Assembly (NCBI GenBank): GCA_963704885.1
Contig: CAVPIB010000004.1
Location: 192,001-256,000 of the forward strand
Length of the DNA stretch: 64,000 nt
Direction of reading: 5' to 3'
Origin: an uncultured Actinomycetes bacterium
Lineage (GTDB): Bacteria; Actinomycetota; UBA4738; HRBIN12
Part shown: positions 51,278 through 60,620 of the stretch, one piece after another
How positions within the stretch are numbered: position 1 is the stretch's first letter
Layout of the letters: every line of letters begins with the position of its first letter
Notes under the pieces: model-generated
What the model was told of the DNA's origin: nothing
Databases searched by the model: none
Seen by the model: the letters and a program-made list of their open reading frames with translations, nothing else
Made by a program: the position numbers and the translations under genes

Positions 51278-51997
51278 ATGGCGATCAAAGGCAAAGGCAA
51301 GACCAAGGGCCGCGCGCCGGCACGGGCGCCCCGCAGGACGCCGGTCGACGTACCCGTTCCGTTCTTCCTCCGGCGCAGGGTTCAGGTGATCCTGGCTTTC
51401 GTCACCGGCATCCTGGTGATGATGCTGGCGGTGTGGGTCACGAACGGCCTGCGCCAGCAGCGCGAAGACGACCAGAAGAGCGCCGAGGCCGCAGATCAGC
51501 GCGCGGCGGCTCAGGCGTGGAAGGGCGAGGTCGAGGCCACGCTCGGCGCGATCGGAACCCTGAACCAGGAGGCGTCACCCACCGTGCTACCGGCGATCGG
51601 GGACACGATCGCGGCCTTGGACGGAGGTGAGGTGCCGGAAGGCGCCGCTAAGACCCTGCGGACCGCTCAGGACGAAGCCACGGCGGCGAGCGAGGCCATC
51701 CTCGCATATGCGCTGGTCGAGGAGATCCGAAACAAAGGGATGACCGAGGGGCAGGCGAACTACTTCTTGAACTCGCAGGCTCGGATCGCGGAAGCGCTTG
51801 ATCTCTACGGTCAGGCAGCCGTCGTGGCCGCGCTGGCTGCCGTGGCGTCCGATACCGACCGAATACCCCTGGTGAGGCGCGCGAAGAAGCTGGCGGCCTC
51901 CGCCGACCAGATCTTGGCTGAGGGCTGGAGCGACTACCAGCAGGCCCTTCTCTCCGTACAGATCGTCGAGACGCCCGCGCTGCCGACGGGCGGGTAG
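51278..51997 (+). CDS. Hypothetical membrane-anchored helical protein
   Basis: Basic N-terminus, single TM, Ala-rich helical ectodomain. Confidence 0.7.
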   Translation: MAIKGKGKTKGRAPARAPRRTPVDVPVPFFLRRRVQVILAFVTGILVMMLAVWVTNGLRQQREDDQKSAEAADQRAAAQAWKGEVEATLGAIGTLNQEASPTVLPAIGDTIAALDGGEVPEGAAKTLRTAQDEATAASEAILAYALVEEIRNKGMTEGQANYFLNSQARIAEALDLYGQAAVVAALAAVASDTDRIPLVRRAKKLAASADQILAEGWSDYQQALLSVQIVETPALPTGG

Positions 51998-52008
51998 TAG
52001 GGATCGAT

Positions 52009-52923
52009 ATGCCCGCCATGACACCTGTGGTCGTGGTGGCCAACCCGACTTCGGGTCACGGCAAGGGGGGCCGGTTGATCGGCCGGGTGGACAAGGTCTT
52101 GAATGAGATCGGCGTGGAACACGAGATCCGCGTGTCGGGATCCGGACCGGAACTGGAGACCTTCGCACGTGACGCGGGCGAGCAGGGTGCGCGGATCGTG
52201 GCCGTCCTCGGAGGCGACGGGAGCGTAGGTCTGGCCGCCAACGGCGTCTTCGGGACCGGGGCGGCTCTCGCGGTCCTGCCCGCCGGCACGGGCAACGACT
52301 TCGCCAAGGCTATCGGCGCGAGGCGATTGGAGCAGGCTGCCCGCCTGCTCGCCGATCCCGACATCCGCCCGATAGACGTCGTCCGGCTCACGGCCGGCGC
52401 AGAGCATCGCTACTTCGTGAACGTGGCGGGAGCTGGGTTCGACTCCGAGGTCAACGAGACGGCCAACGCCATGCGGGGAGGACTAGGGGCCACGGGCACC
52501 TACGTGGCGGCCGTCATCAAGACCTTGCCGAGGTTCGTGCCCGCCGCCTTCCACATGCAGCTCGACGACCGGTCGCTGGACCTGCACGCGATGCTCGTGG
52601 TGATCGGCAATAGCGTCGCGTACGGTGGGGGTATGAGGATCACACCGACCGCGATACTGAACGACGGCGAGCTCGACGTCTGCATCGTGTCTGCGATGGG
52701 AACCGGCGCCTTCTTGCGGGCGTTCCCTCGGGTCTTCCGTGGGTGGCACACGAACCACCCCAAGGTGACCATGCTCCGCGGGAAACACGTGAAGCTGGAG
52801 GCGGATAGACGGGTTCAGGTCTACGCCGACGGTGAACGAGTGGGGCCGCTGCCGGCTGTTTTCGAGGTTCTGCCGAAGACCCTGCCGATAGTCGTCGGTC
52901 CGGACGCGAGGGCCGTAGGTTGA
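52009..52923 (+). CDS. Diacylglycerol/lipid kinase (YegS/DAGK) family
   Basis: NPTSG, GGDGS, PAGTGNDF, GFDSEV, YGGG, ADGE. Confidence 0.92.
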   Translation: MPAMTPVVVVANPTSGHGKGGRLIGRVDKVLNEIGVEHEIRVSGSGPELETFARDAGEQGARIVAVLGGDGSVGLAANGVFGTGAALAVLPAGTGNDFAKAIGARRLEQAARLLADPDIRPIDVVRLTAGAEHRYFVNVAGAGFDSEVNETANAMRGGLGATGTYVAAVIKTLPRFVPAAFHMQLDDRSLDLHAMLVVIGNSVAYGGGMRITPTAILNDGELDVCIVSAMGTGAFLRAFPRVFRGWHTNHPKVTMLRGKHVKLEADRRVQVYADGERVGPLPAVFEVLPKTLPIVVGPDARAVG

Positions 52924-53654
52924 CCGACGGGGTCCTGTTCATCCACGCGTTCCCTCTGGACGCACGCATGTGGGAGCCGCAGATCGGGGCGCTCGCCGAC
53001 GCCGTGCCCGTCGTCACCCCGCACCTCCCCGGGTTCGGGGGGACACAGGGAGAGGATGTGATGAGCATGGACCAGGCGGCCGCGCGTTGCCTGGAGTCGC
53101 TGGATGCGGCAGGAGTGGACCGGGCCGTCGTTTGCGGCCTGTCCATGGGCGGATACGTCTCGCTCGCGCTCTGGCGGATGGCGCCGGAGCGATTCCTGGG
53201 CCTGGTGCTCGCCAACACCCGCGCAGGCGCCGACACCCCGGAGGGCGCCGCCGGCCGTCGTGCTCTCGCGGAGCGACTGCGCGCTGAGGGGAGCGACTTC
53301 TTGGTTGAGAACCCTCCGCCGCTGCTCTCCGACGGCGCCTCGGCGGAGCTCCGTGCCCGGATCCGCGACATGATCGCCGGACAGCCGGCCGGATCCATCG
53401 CCGCGGCGGCTCTGGGGATGGCCGATCGACCGGACTCCACATCCGACCTCCCGACGATCGACGTGCCGACGCTGATCATCACGTCCACTCGGGACGCTCT
53501 GATCCCGCCCGAGGCCACCATGCCTATGGCCGATCTGGTTCCGAACGCCGAACTCTCGATCATCGAAGACGCGGGGCACCTGTCGAACCTAGAGGCGCCC
53601 GAGGCGTTCGATGAGCTGCTCGCCCTCCATCTCGAGCGCTGCTTCGGGGCCTGA
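52920..53654 (+). CDS. Alpha/beta fold hydrolase
   Basis: HAFPL..MW, LPGFG, GLSMGG nucleophile elbow, AGHLSNLE. Confidence 0.9.
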   Translation: MTDGVLFIHAFPLDARMWEPQIGALADAVPVVTPHLPGFGGTQGEDVMSMDQAAARCLESLDAAGVDRAVVCGLSMGGYVSLALWRMAPERFLGLVLANTRAGADTPEGAAGRRALAERLRAEGSDFLVENPPPLLSDGASAELRARIRDMIAGQPAGSIAAAALGMADRPDSTSDLPTIDVPTLIITSTRDALIPPEATMPMADLVPNAELSIIEDAGHLSNLEAPEAFDELLALHLERCFGA

Positions 53655-53676
53655 AGTCCGCCCGTAGACTGGCCCG

Positions 53677-56331
53677 GTGACCACTCCTGCGGCCTTCGCG
53701 GCCCAGTTCCCGTTCGCCCTGGACGGGTTCCAGCTCACGGCGATCGAGGCGCTCGACGCCGGTCGATCGGTGCTGGTGGCCGCCCCGACGGGCTCCGGGA
53801 AGACAGTGGTGGCCGAGTACGCGATCGAACGGGCCCTGGACAGAGGCGGGAAGGCGTTCTACACAACGCCACTCAAGGCGCTGTCCAACCAGAAGTTCGG
53901 GGATCTGGTGGCCAAGCACGGAGCCGACAGTGTGGGGCTGCTCACGGGCGACAACGCGATCAACTCCGAGGCCTCTGTCGTGGTCATGACCACCGAGGTA
54001 CTCCGCAACATGCTCTATGAGCGCAGCGGCACGCTGGATGGGCTGGTCACGGTCATCATGGACGAGGTCCACTATCTTCAGGATCCGTACCGCGGCGCCG
54101 TGTGGGAGGAGGTGCTGATCCACCTGGCCCTCTCCGCGTCGGTCGTGTGCCTTTCGGCCACCATCTCCAACGCCGAGGAGTTCGGCGACTGGATCCAGAC
54201 GCTCCGGGGTGAGACGACGGTCGTGATCGAGGAGCGACGGCCGGTACCGCTGGAGCATCACTACCTGGTCGGGCGGCGCCTGCACCCTATGCACATCGAA
54301 CAGGACGGCGCCTTGCTGCCGAACCCGTACGTGGTCTCTCTCGATCAGCAGGAGATGCGGATCAAGCACTACAGGCGAGCGAACGGTGGTACGACCCAGG
54401 GTCACCGCAACGACCGGCCCCGCGAGGGACACCGTCGCGTCTACGTCCCCAGGCGTGAGGAGGTCGTGGGGGTGCTGGCGCAGGCCGACATGCTGCCGGC
54501 GATCTACTTCGTGTTCAGCCGCGCTGGGTGCGACCGAAGCGTGCAGTGGATGCGGGACTCGGGGCTGCGGCTCACCACACGGGCAGAGGCCGATCGGATC
54601 CGTGAACGCGCCGAGAGCCGGGCGGCATGGATGGACGATGAAGATCTGGCCACGCTCGGCTTCTACGGATTCCTGGATGGACTCACCGCAGGCGTCGCCG
54701 CCCACCACGCCGGCATGCTGCCCGTCTTCAAGGAGACGGTGGAGGAGCTGTTCGAAGCGGGGTTGGTGAAGGTCGTCTTCGCCACAGAGACCCTCTCGCT
54801 GGGTATCAACATGCCGGCGCGAACCGTTGTGATCGAGGATCTGTGGAAGTTCCAGGGGGAGCGACACGAGATCCTCACCCCAGGCGAGTACACCCAGCTG
54901 ACGGGCCGGGCAGGACGGAGAGGGATCGACGCCCTGGGTCACGCGGTCGTCGTGTACCAACGCCAGGTGCCGTTCGAGCGGGTAGCGGGCCTGGCGGCAA
55001 CCCGCACGTACGATCTCACGTCGTCGTTCCGCCCCTCGTACAACATGGCTGTCAACCTGGTGCGCAACTACACGCCCGAGCAGGCGCACCAGCTGTTGAA
55101 CTCGTCGTTCGCACAGTTCCTGGCCGACAAGGGGGTGGTCGCGCTGCAGCGTCAACGCGAGCGCGATCGAGAGGCACTGGAGGGCTATCGCGGCAACCTC
55201 GTATGTCATCTGGGGGACTTCGACGAGTTCTGGGGCATGCTCACCAAGGCCCAGCATCTTCGCGAAGAGGATCGACGCGGCCATGAGAGGGATCGGGCCG
55301 ATGCGGTCCGGTCAGCGGTGGCAGGTCTGCGCCCCGGCGACGTGATCCACGTACCGCGCGCGAGGCGGCGCGGCCTGGCGGTCGTGCTTTCGTCGAGGGA
55401 TGGTCGGCCCACCGCACTCTCCGAGGATCGGACCTATCTGCGTCTGTCCGCGAAGGACTTCGACGACCCGCCCTCGGTGCTTACCAGGGTGCAGCTTCCT
55501 AGATCGGGGAGCTCGCGCAGCGCTCGGTATCGACGGGACGTGGCCTCGAGGCTGGTGTCGCTGCATATGAAGCGCCCGGGGGAGGCGCCGTACCGAGCCG
55601 ATCCGCAGGTGGAGGCGAAGGCTGCCCGCCTCGAGGCCGAGGCCGCCGAGCATCCGTGTCACGCGTGCCCCGAGAGGAGCAAGCATGAACGGTGGGCCAC
55701 TCGCGCCGACGCCCTCGCGTCGCAGATGAGAGGCGTCGATCGACGGATACAGACCCGCACGGAGACGTTGGGCCGGCAGTTCGACCGGGTCCTGGCCGTC
55801 CTGGAGGCACTCGGTTACGTGAGCGGCTGGACGCTCACGCCGAAAGGCCGGACGCTTGCTCGGATCTACGGAGAGGGCGATCTGTTGGTGGGAGAGTCGT
55901 TGGCCGGCGGTCTGTTCGACGACCTTTCCTCGTCGGAGGTGGCGTCGCTCATCAGTAGCGTGGTCTACGAGTCGCGGGAACGTGTCCCCTCACCCGGCGA
56001 GATGCCGACGGCTCCGACCGATGATCGGTACGAGATCCTCATGCGCACCTACCGTCGGATCCGACGCACCGAGGAGGAGCATCAGGTGGAGTTGAGCCGC
56101 ACGCTGGACGCCGGATTCGCGACGCCGGTGTTCCACTGGGCGGAGGGCGCGCCGCTCGAGCGGGCGTTGGAGGAGACCGAGATGGCTCCCGGTGACTTCG
56201 TGCGGAACTGCAAGCAGCTGGTCGATCTGCTCCGCCAGATCGAGGAGGTCGCCGAGCCTCCGACGGCGGCCCTCCTTCGCGATGCGCGTGCCGCGGTTCT
56301 CCATGGCGTCGTCGCCTACACGGGGCTGTAG
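53677..56331 (+). CDS. helY: Ski2-like DEAD/DEAH RNA helicase
   Basis: APTGSGKT, TPLKALSNQK, DEVH, LSAT, HHAGML, ATETL..GINMPA, GRAGRRG, DSHCT tail (GDFVR.CKQ..DLL.QI); follows tatC as in other actinobacteria. Confidence 0.9.
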   Translation: MTTPAAFAAQFPFALDGFQLTAIEALDAGRSVLVAAPTGSGKTVVAEYAIERALDRGGKAFYTTPLKALSNQKFGDLVAKHGADSVGLLTGDNAINSEASVVVMTTEVLRNMLYERSGTLDGLVTVIMDEVHYLQDPYRGAVWEEVLIHLALSASVVCLSATISNAEEFGDWIQTLRGETTVVIEERRPVPLEHHYLVGRRLHPMHIEQDGALLPNPYVVSLDQQEMRIKHYRRANGGTTQGHRNDRPREGHRRVYVPRREEVVGVLAQADMLPAIYFVFSRAGCDRSVQWMRDSGLRLTTRAEADRIRERAESRAAWMDDEDLATLGFYGFLDGLTAGVAAHHAGMLPVFKETVEELFEAGLVKVVFATETLSLGINMPARTVVIEDLWKFQGERHEILTPGEYTQLTGRAGRRGIDALGHAVVVYQRQVPFERVAGLAATRTYDLTSSFRPSYNMAVNLVRNYTPEQAHQLLNSSFAQFLADKGVVALQRQRERDREALEGYRGNLVCHLGDFDEFWGMLTKAQHLREEDRRGHERDRADAVRSAVAGLRPGDVIHVPRARRRGLAVVLSSRDGRPTALSEDRTYLRLSAKDFDDPPSVLTRVQLPRSGSSRSARYRRDVASRLVSLHMKRPGEAPYRADPQVEAKAARLEAEAAEHPCHACPERSKHERWATRADALASQMRGVDRRIQTRTETLGRQFDRVLAVLEALGYVSGWTLTPKGRTLARIYGEGDLLVGESLAGGLFDDLSSSEVASLISSVVYESRERVPSPGEMPTAPTDDRYEILMRTYRRIRRTEEEHQVELSRTLDAGFATPVFHWAEGAPLERALEETEMAPGDFVRNCKQLVDLLRQIEEVAEPPTAALLRDARAAVLHGVVAYTGL

Positions 56332-56336
56332 CTACG

Positions 56337-57278
56337 ATGCGCAGCGTGACGAAGAGCCCGTTCGGCCCGCTGGCGGTGATCGCCAATCCCCACGCGGGAG
56401 CCGGACGCGTCGGGCGGGAGCTCCCGGCCGTGGAGCGAGAGCTAACCGCCATCGGGCTCGACTACTCGCTGGCCGTGACGGCGGGGCCCGGCCACGCGAC
56501 ACGGCTGGCGACGGCTGCCATGGACGAAGGGGTGCGCTATCTGGTGGCGGTGGGTGGTGACGGAACCGTCCAGGAGGTCGTGAACGGCATGTTCCGCGAC
56601 GGTCGCCCGATCGTCGACGAGCCGGTCCTGGGAGTGGTTCCGGCGCATTCCGGATGCGACCTGGTGCGGAGCTTCGGCTTGCCCGGCGACGTGGACGCCG
56701 CATGCGGTCACCTGGCTGGAGAGAACACCTACCCGTTCGACGTGATGAAGGTGGCCTACACCGATACAGGCGGCGAGCGCCGGATCCGCTACAGCGTGAA
56801 CCTGGCTGAGATCGGCTTCGGTGCAGCGGTGATGCGCAGAACGGCACGCATGCCGGCCTGGCTCGGCCGGACGAGGTCGTTCTTGGCGTTCTGGTCGACC
56901 TACACGCGAACCAGGGTGCGCGACGTGCGGATCGAGGCCGACCGGAGCACGTACGAAGGTCCCGCTTTCAACGTGATCGTGGGCAACGCGCAGTTCGCGT
57001 CCGGCGGACTACGCCTGTCGCCCAGGTCGTTCCCCGGGGACGGCGTGCTCGACGTTCTGGTGTTCGAAGGCCCCCGCTCCGACGCCTACACGTTGCTCCC
57101 GAGGATCTTCCGCCACGGCGACCATATCCCGGACCCACGGATCCGCGAGATACGAGCCAGGATCCGCATGGCGATCGAGGCCGAGCGTCCGCTCCCGATC
57201 GTCGCCGACGGGGAGCTCCTGGGCACCACGCCGGCGTCGTTCCAGATCGTGCCTCGCTCGATACTGCTGAAGCTATGA
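56337..57278 (+). CDS. Second diacylglycerol/lipid kinase family protein
   Basis: NPHAG, GGDGT, PAHSGCD (variant of P.GTGND), ADGE. Confidence 0.85.
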   Translation: MRSVTKSPFGPLAVIANPHAGAGRVGRELPAVERELTAIGLDYSLAVTAGPGHATRLATAAMDEGVRYLVAVGGDGTVQEVVNGMFRDGRPIVDEPVLGVVPAHSGCDLVRSFGLPGDVDAACGHLAGENTYPFDVMKVAYTDTGGERRIRYSVNLAEIGFGAAVMRRTARMPAWLGRTRSFLAFWSTYTRTRVRDVRIEADRSTYEGPAFNVIVGNAQFASGGLRLSPRSFPGDGVLDVLVFEGPRSDAYTLLPRIFRHGDHIPDPRIREIRARIRMAIEAERPLPIVADGELLGTTPASFQIVPRSILLKL

Positions 57279-58381
57279 GCGCCGATCACGCTGCCCGTCG
57301 CCAGCGGCTCGCGGCCGTCGCCGCCGAAGAAGGATTGGACGCCGTCGTGGTGACGCCCTCTCCCGACCTGACGTATCTGGCGGGCTATGACCCCATGCTC
57401 ATGGAACGGCTAACGCTCCTCATCGTGAGCTCCGCTGGCGACGCGCTGCTGGTGGTGCCCGAGCTGGAGCGGCCGCTGGCGATCGACTCGCTCGTCGGCA
57501 AGAGCCTGGATGCGGATCGGATAGTGGGTTGGCGAGACGGGGTCGATCCTTACGAGATCGTCGCGGATGCTCTTCCGCGATCGGGCCGGGTTGCGGTGGG
57601 GGACCGGACCTGGGCCTCTCATGTGCTTGAGCTTCAGCGCGTGGCTCCGGGGCTGCAGTTCCAGGCGGCGTCCCCGACCATCGCCCGCCTCCGTTCCGTG
57701 AAGGACGAAGACGAGCTCGCGGCGCTCCGTCGTGCCGGCAGGGGTGCCGACGAAACCTTCCGGGCGATCTGCGGGATGCGGTTCCTGGGACGACGCGAGG
57801 AGGAGATCGCCGCCGACCTGGCCGAGCTCCTGGTGACCAACGGGCACACCCGCGCGGACTTCACGATCGTGGCGAGCGGCCCGAACTCGGCTTCGCCGCA
57901 TCACGAGCCCGGTGGCCGAACGATCCTCCCGCACGATGCCGTTGTGCTCGACTTCGGGGGCGAGCTGGCCGGGTACTACTCGGACACGACCCGTACCGTA
58001 GTGGTCGGGGAGCCCCCGGCCGGGTTCCCCGACGTGTTCGCAGTCGTCCTCGCGGCCCAGGAGGCAGCAGTCCAGGCCGTCCGCCCGGGTGTGATGGCTC
58101 AAGAGATCGATCGGGTCGCCCGCCTCATCATCGACGACGCCGGGTTCGGCGAGCGATTCTTCCACCGGACCGGTCATGGGATAGGCCTGGAGGTTCATGA
58201 GCCGCCCTACATCATCGAGGGGAACGAGACGGTACTCGAGCAGGGGATGACGTTCTCAGTGGAGCCGGGGATCTACCTGGAGGGAACGTTCGGGGTGCGG
58301 ATCGAGGACATCGTGGTGGTGACGGCCGACGGTGTCGAGCGCCTGAACCGCTCGTCTCGGGAGCTCCACGTCGTCGACTGA
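57275..58381 (+). CDS. M24 family Xaa-Pro aminopeptidase/dipeptidase
   Basis: Creatinase N-domain, PHH, D.G....Y.SD.TRT, HRTGHGIGLEVHE, EPGIY, GVRIED. Confidence 0.93.
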   Translation: MSADHAARRQRLAAVAAEEGLDAVVVTPSPDLTYLAGYDPMLMERLTLLIVSSAGDALLVVPELERPLAIDSLVGKSLDADRIVGWRDGVDPYEIVADALPRSGRVAVGDRTWASHVLELQRVAPGLQFQAASPTIARLRSVKDEDELAALRRAGRGADETFRAICGMRFLGRREEEIAADLAELLVTNGHTRADFTIVASGPNSASPHHEPGGRTILPHDAVVLDFGGELAGYYSDTTRTVVVGEPPAGFPDVFAVVLAAQEAAVQAVRPGVMAQEIDRVARLIIDDAGFGERFFHRTGHGIGLEVHEPPYIIEGNETVLEQGMTFSVEPGIYLEGTFGVRIEDIVVVTADGVERLNRSSRELHVVD

Positions 58382-58390
58382 CGAGCGGAC

Positions 58391-58410
58391 GCTAGTCTGA
58401 AGCGGACTAG
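58391..58410. repeat. Palindromic motif copy 3: G-CTAGTC-TGAAGCG-GACTAG
   Basis: Seen directly between the convergent M24 peptidase and cysS stops. Confidence 0.8.
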
Positions 58411-59798
58411 TCCCGCGGGCGGACCTTTGTTCCCTCGGCGGTGTCCATGACCTCCAACCCCAAGGCCGTGAGCCGATCCCGGATCTGGTCCGATGCCTCG
58501 AAATCCTTCACGGCGCGAGCCTTATCGCGTTCGTCCATGAGGGCGCGCAGCTCGCCGTTCGGCTCCCAAAAGGTGGTGGCCTCGCGCTCAAGATCCAGGC
58601 CAAGCACCTGGTCCCACGACGCCAACAGCCCGTACTTCTCGGCATCGGGAACGTCGGGGGAGCGGACCATGTCGTTCACCACGACGACGGCCGCCGGCAT
58701 GTCCAGGTCGGTAGCGATCGCCGTCCGGAAGCGGTCGTCGGAACTGGCCGCCGCCTCGCCGAGGTCGGTCGCTCCCGGCGCCCACCCCGCCATACGCCGG
58801 CGCAACTGCTTCACGCGATCGTCGGCGTCCTTCATGGCGTCCCATGTGAAGTCCATCTCGCTGCGGTAGCGCGTCTGGAACGTGAGCCAGCGGAACGACA
58901 GGGCATCCATCCCTTGCTCGATCAGATCAGGCACGCGCACGACGTTTCCGGTTGACTTCGCGATCTTCTGACCCGACAGCCGGAGGTGACCGCCGTGAAC
59001 CCACACCGAGATGACCTGATGTCCCACCGCGCCCTCGGACTGCGCGATCTCGTCCTCGTGATGGGGGAAGCGCAGGTCGCTGCCCCCGGTGTGGATGTCG
59101 AAACGATCGCCGAGGTACTTCATGGACATGGCCGAGCACTCGATGTGCCACCCGGGGAACCCGTCTCCCCAGGGAGAGGCCCACTTCATCACGCGTCCGG
59201 GCCCGGCCGACTTCCAGAGCGCGAAATCGGCATCGTTGCGCTTGCGCGGATCGGTCTCGAGGTCTCGGTGTCCCGCCTTCAGGTTGTCGAGGGTGTTGCC
59301 CGAGAGTTTGCCGTAGCCCTGGAACGACGTCACGTCGAAGTAGACCGATCCCGTGTCGACGACGTACGCATGGCCGCGCTCGATCAGTCGCTCGGTCATC
59401 GCGATCATCTCCGGGATGTGCTCGGTTGCCTTGGGCAGGACGGTGGGCACGCGTATGCCCAGCGCGGCCATGTCCTCCAGCGCGGCCTTCGTGTACTTCG
59501 CGGCGATCTCCAGCGGCTGCAACCCTTCGTCCTCCATCGCCAGGAGCATCTTGTCGACCGCCTCGGCGGAGGATTCGTCGGTCATGTGGCCAACGTCGGT
59601 GATGTTCATGACCTGCGTGACGTCGTAGCCTTCGAACTCCAGGCCGCGCACGATCAGGTCGCCCAGCATGAACGTGCGGAGGTTGCCCAGGTGGACGAAG
59701 CGGTACACGGTTGGACCGCAGGAGTACATGCGGACGTGTCGATCGTCGACCGGAACGACCTCGTCCACCTGACGCGTGAGGGTGTTGTACAGCCGCAT
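58407..59798 (-). CDS. cysS: Cysteine--tRNA ligase
   Basis: MRLYNTL, CGPTVY..HLGN (HIGH), NITDVGH, DFALWK, PGWHIECS, HHEDE.AQ, KIAKS (KMSKS), anticodon domain R..AR..KDF..SD.IRD; TATCCT -10 eight nt upstream. Confidence 0.95.
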   Translation of the reverse strand: MRLYNTLTRQVDEVVPVDDRHVRMYSCGPTVYRFVHLGNLRTFMLGDLIVRGLEFEGYDVTQVMNITDVGHMTDESSAEAVDKMLLAMEDEGLQPLEIAAKYTKAALEDMAALGIRVPTVLPKATEHIPEMIAMTERLIERGHAYVVDTGSVYFDVTSFQGYGKLSGNTLDNLKAGHRDLETDPRKRNDADFALWKSAGPGRVMKWASPWGDGFPGWHIECSAMSMKYLGDRFDIHTGGSDLRFPHHEDEIAQSEGAVGHQVISVWVHGGHLRLSGQKIAKSTGNVVRVPDLIEQGMDALSFRWLTFQTRYRSEMDFTWDAMKDADDRVKQLRRRMAGWAPGATDLGEAAASSDDRFRTAIATDLDMPAAVVVVNDMVRSPDVPDAEKYGLLASWDQVLGLDLEREATTFWEPNGELRALMDERDKARAVKDFEASDQIRDRLTALGLEVMDTAEGTKVRPRD

Positions 59799-59835
59799 AA
59801 GCGGCCAGGATACCCCGGAGCCTGAGGTAGCTCCC

Positions 59836-60010
59836 CTACTCCTTGTCCATGTCCGGCCGCACGGGTGTGTCGGCCAGATGTTGTGGTGATGGCGCTGCGG
59901 TGGGCGGCATCGCGGAGTCCGCCGGGTTCGGCGGGATAGGCACCGCGATCCCTCGACGCGACACCGCCGTGCTCCTTGTGAGCCCGCAGCGCGGCGGTGT
60001 TGAGTTCTCG
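59836..60010. other. Structured intergenic element (three hairpins); contains a possible 42-aa ORF on the minus strand (59964-59836)
   Basis: Inverted repeats at 59855-59875, 59909-59949 and 59961-60000; AAGGAG seven nt before a minus-strand GTG. Confidence 0.4.
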
Positions 60011-60024
60011 AGACCAGGAACGCT

Positions 60025-60468
60025 CTAGGTGGGCAGGGGGCGGCCCTCGAACGGGATCGAGAGCGCGATCGTGGTGCGGGTGGCCACCCCTGCCTTCTCA
60101 CGCAGCCTGCGGATCAGATCCTCCAGATCGCCGGTCGTCTTCGTCCGCACCTTGAGTATGTAGCTGGCCTCACCGGCCACGCTCAGGCAGTCCTCCACCT
60201 CCGGGAACTCCGCTACCCGCTCGGGCAGGTCGTCGGGTTGCTGTGGGTCGAGCGGAGTTGCCGCGATGAGTGCGGTGACGAAGAGCCCCAAGGCATGTGG
60301 GTCGACCTCGGCCCGGTAGCTGCGGATGACACCGGACTGCTCCAGCTTGCGCACTCGCTCGTGAACGGCGGATGTCGACATACCCACGCGCGCCGCGACA
60401 TCTGCATAGGTCGCCCGGGCGTCCATCTGGAGCGCCGCGATGATGTCCAGGTCGCGCTCATCCAGCAC
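60025..60468 (-). CDS. Lrp/AsnC family transcriptional regulator
   Basis: LDERDLDII..LQ.DAR..YA.VA..VG.S..AV.ERVRKLE..GVI; EVEDC..VAGE..Y.LKV; TATGAT -10 six nt before the GTG. Confidence 0.94.
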   Translation of the reverse strand: MLDERDLDIIAALQMDARATYADVAARVGMSTSAVHERVRKLEQSGVIRSYRAEVDPHALGLFVTALIAATPLDPQQPDDLPERVAEFPEVEDCLSVAGEASYILKVRTKTTGDLEDLIRRLREKAGVATRTTIALSIPFEGRPLPT

Positions 60469-60567
60469 GCCGTCATCATAGGGGAGTCGTCGGTGGCGGC
60501 CGGGGGACACGCGCGGGGGACGATCGTGGCTCGGGTCGGCCGATTGTGCCCGGCGCCCCTCTGCCGT

Positions 60568-60620
60568 TAGCGTGCGCTTCCTCGAGCCTCCCTCTTAAGA
60601 CGCACGACGAGGGAGGGTTG
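60568..60620 (+). promoter_or_regulatory. Putative -10 (TAGCGT) and RBS-sequestering leader hairpin of the RT gene
   Basis: CCTCCCTC (60587-60594) is complementary to GAGGGAGG (60609-60616), which contains the SD four nt before the ATG at 60621. Confidence 0.55.

Noticed and set aside
58407-59798. MshC (mycothiol ligase) as alternative identity for cysS
   Set aside because: The C-terminal anticodon-binding domain is present, which MshC lacks.
59930-59950. GGATAGGCACCGCG resembling a T-box (GGTGGNACCGCG) upstream of cysS
   Set aside because: It is on the strand opposite to cysS, is imperfect, and cysS appears leaderless.
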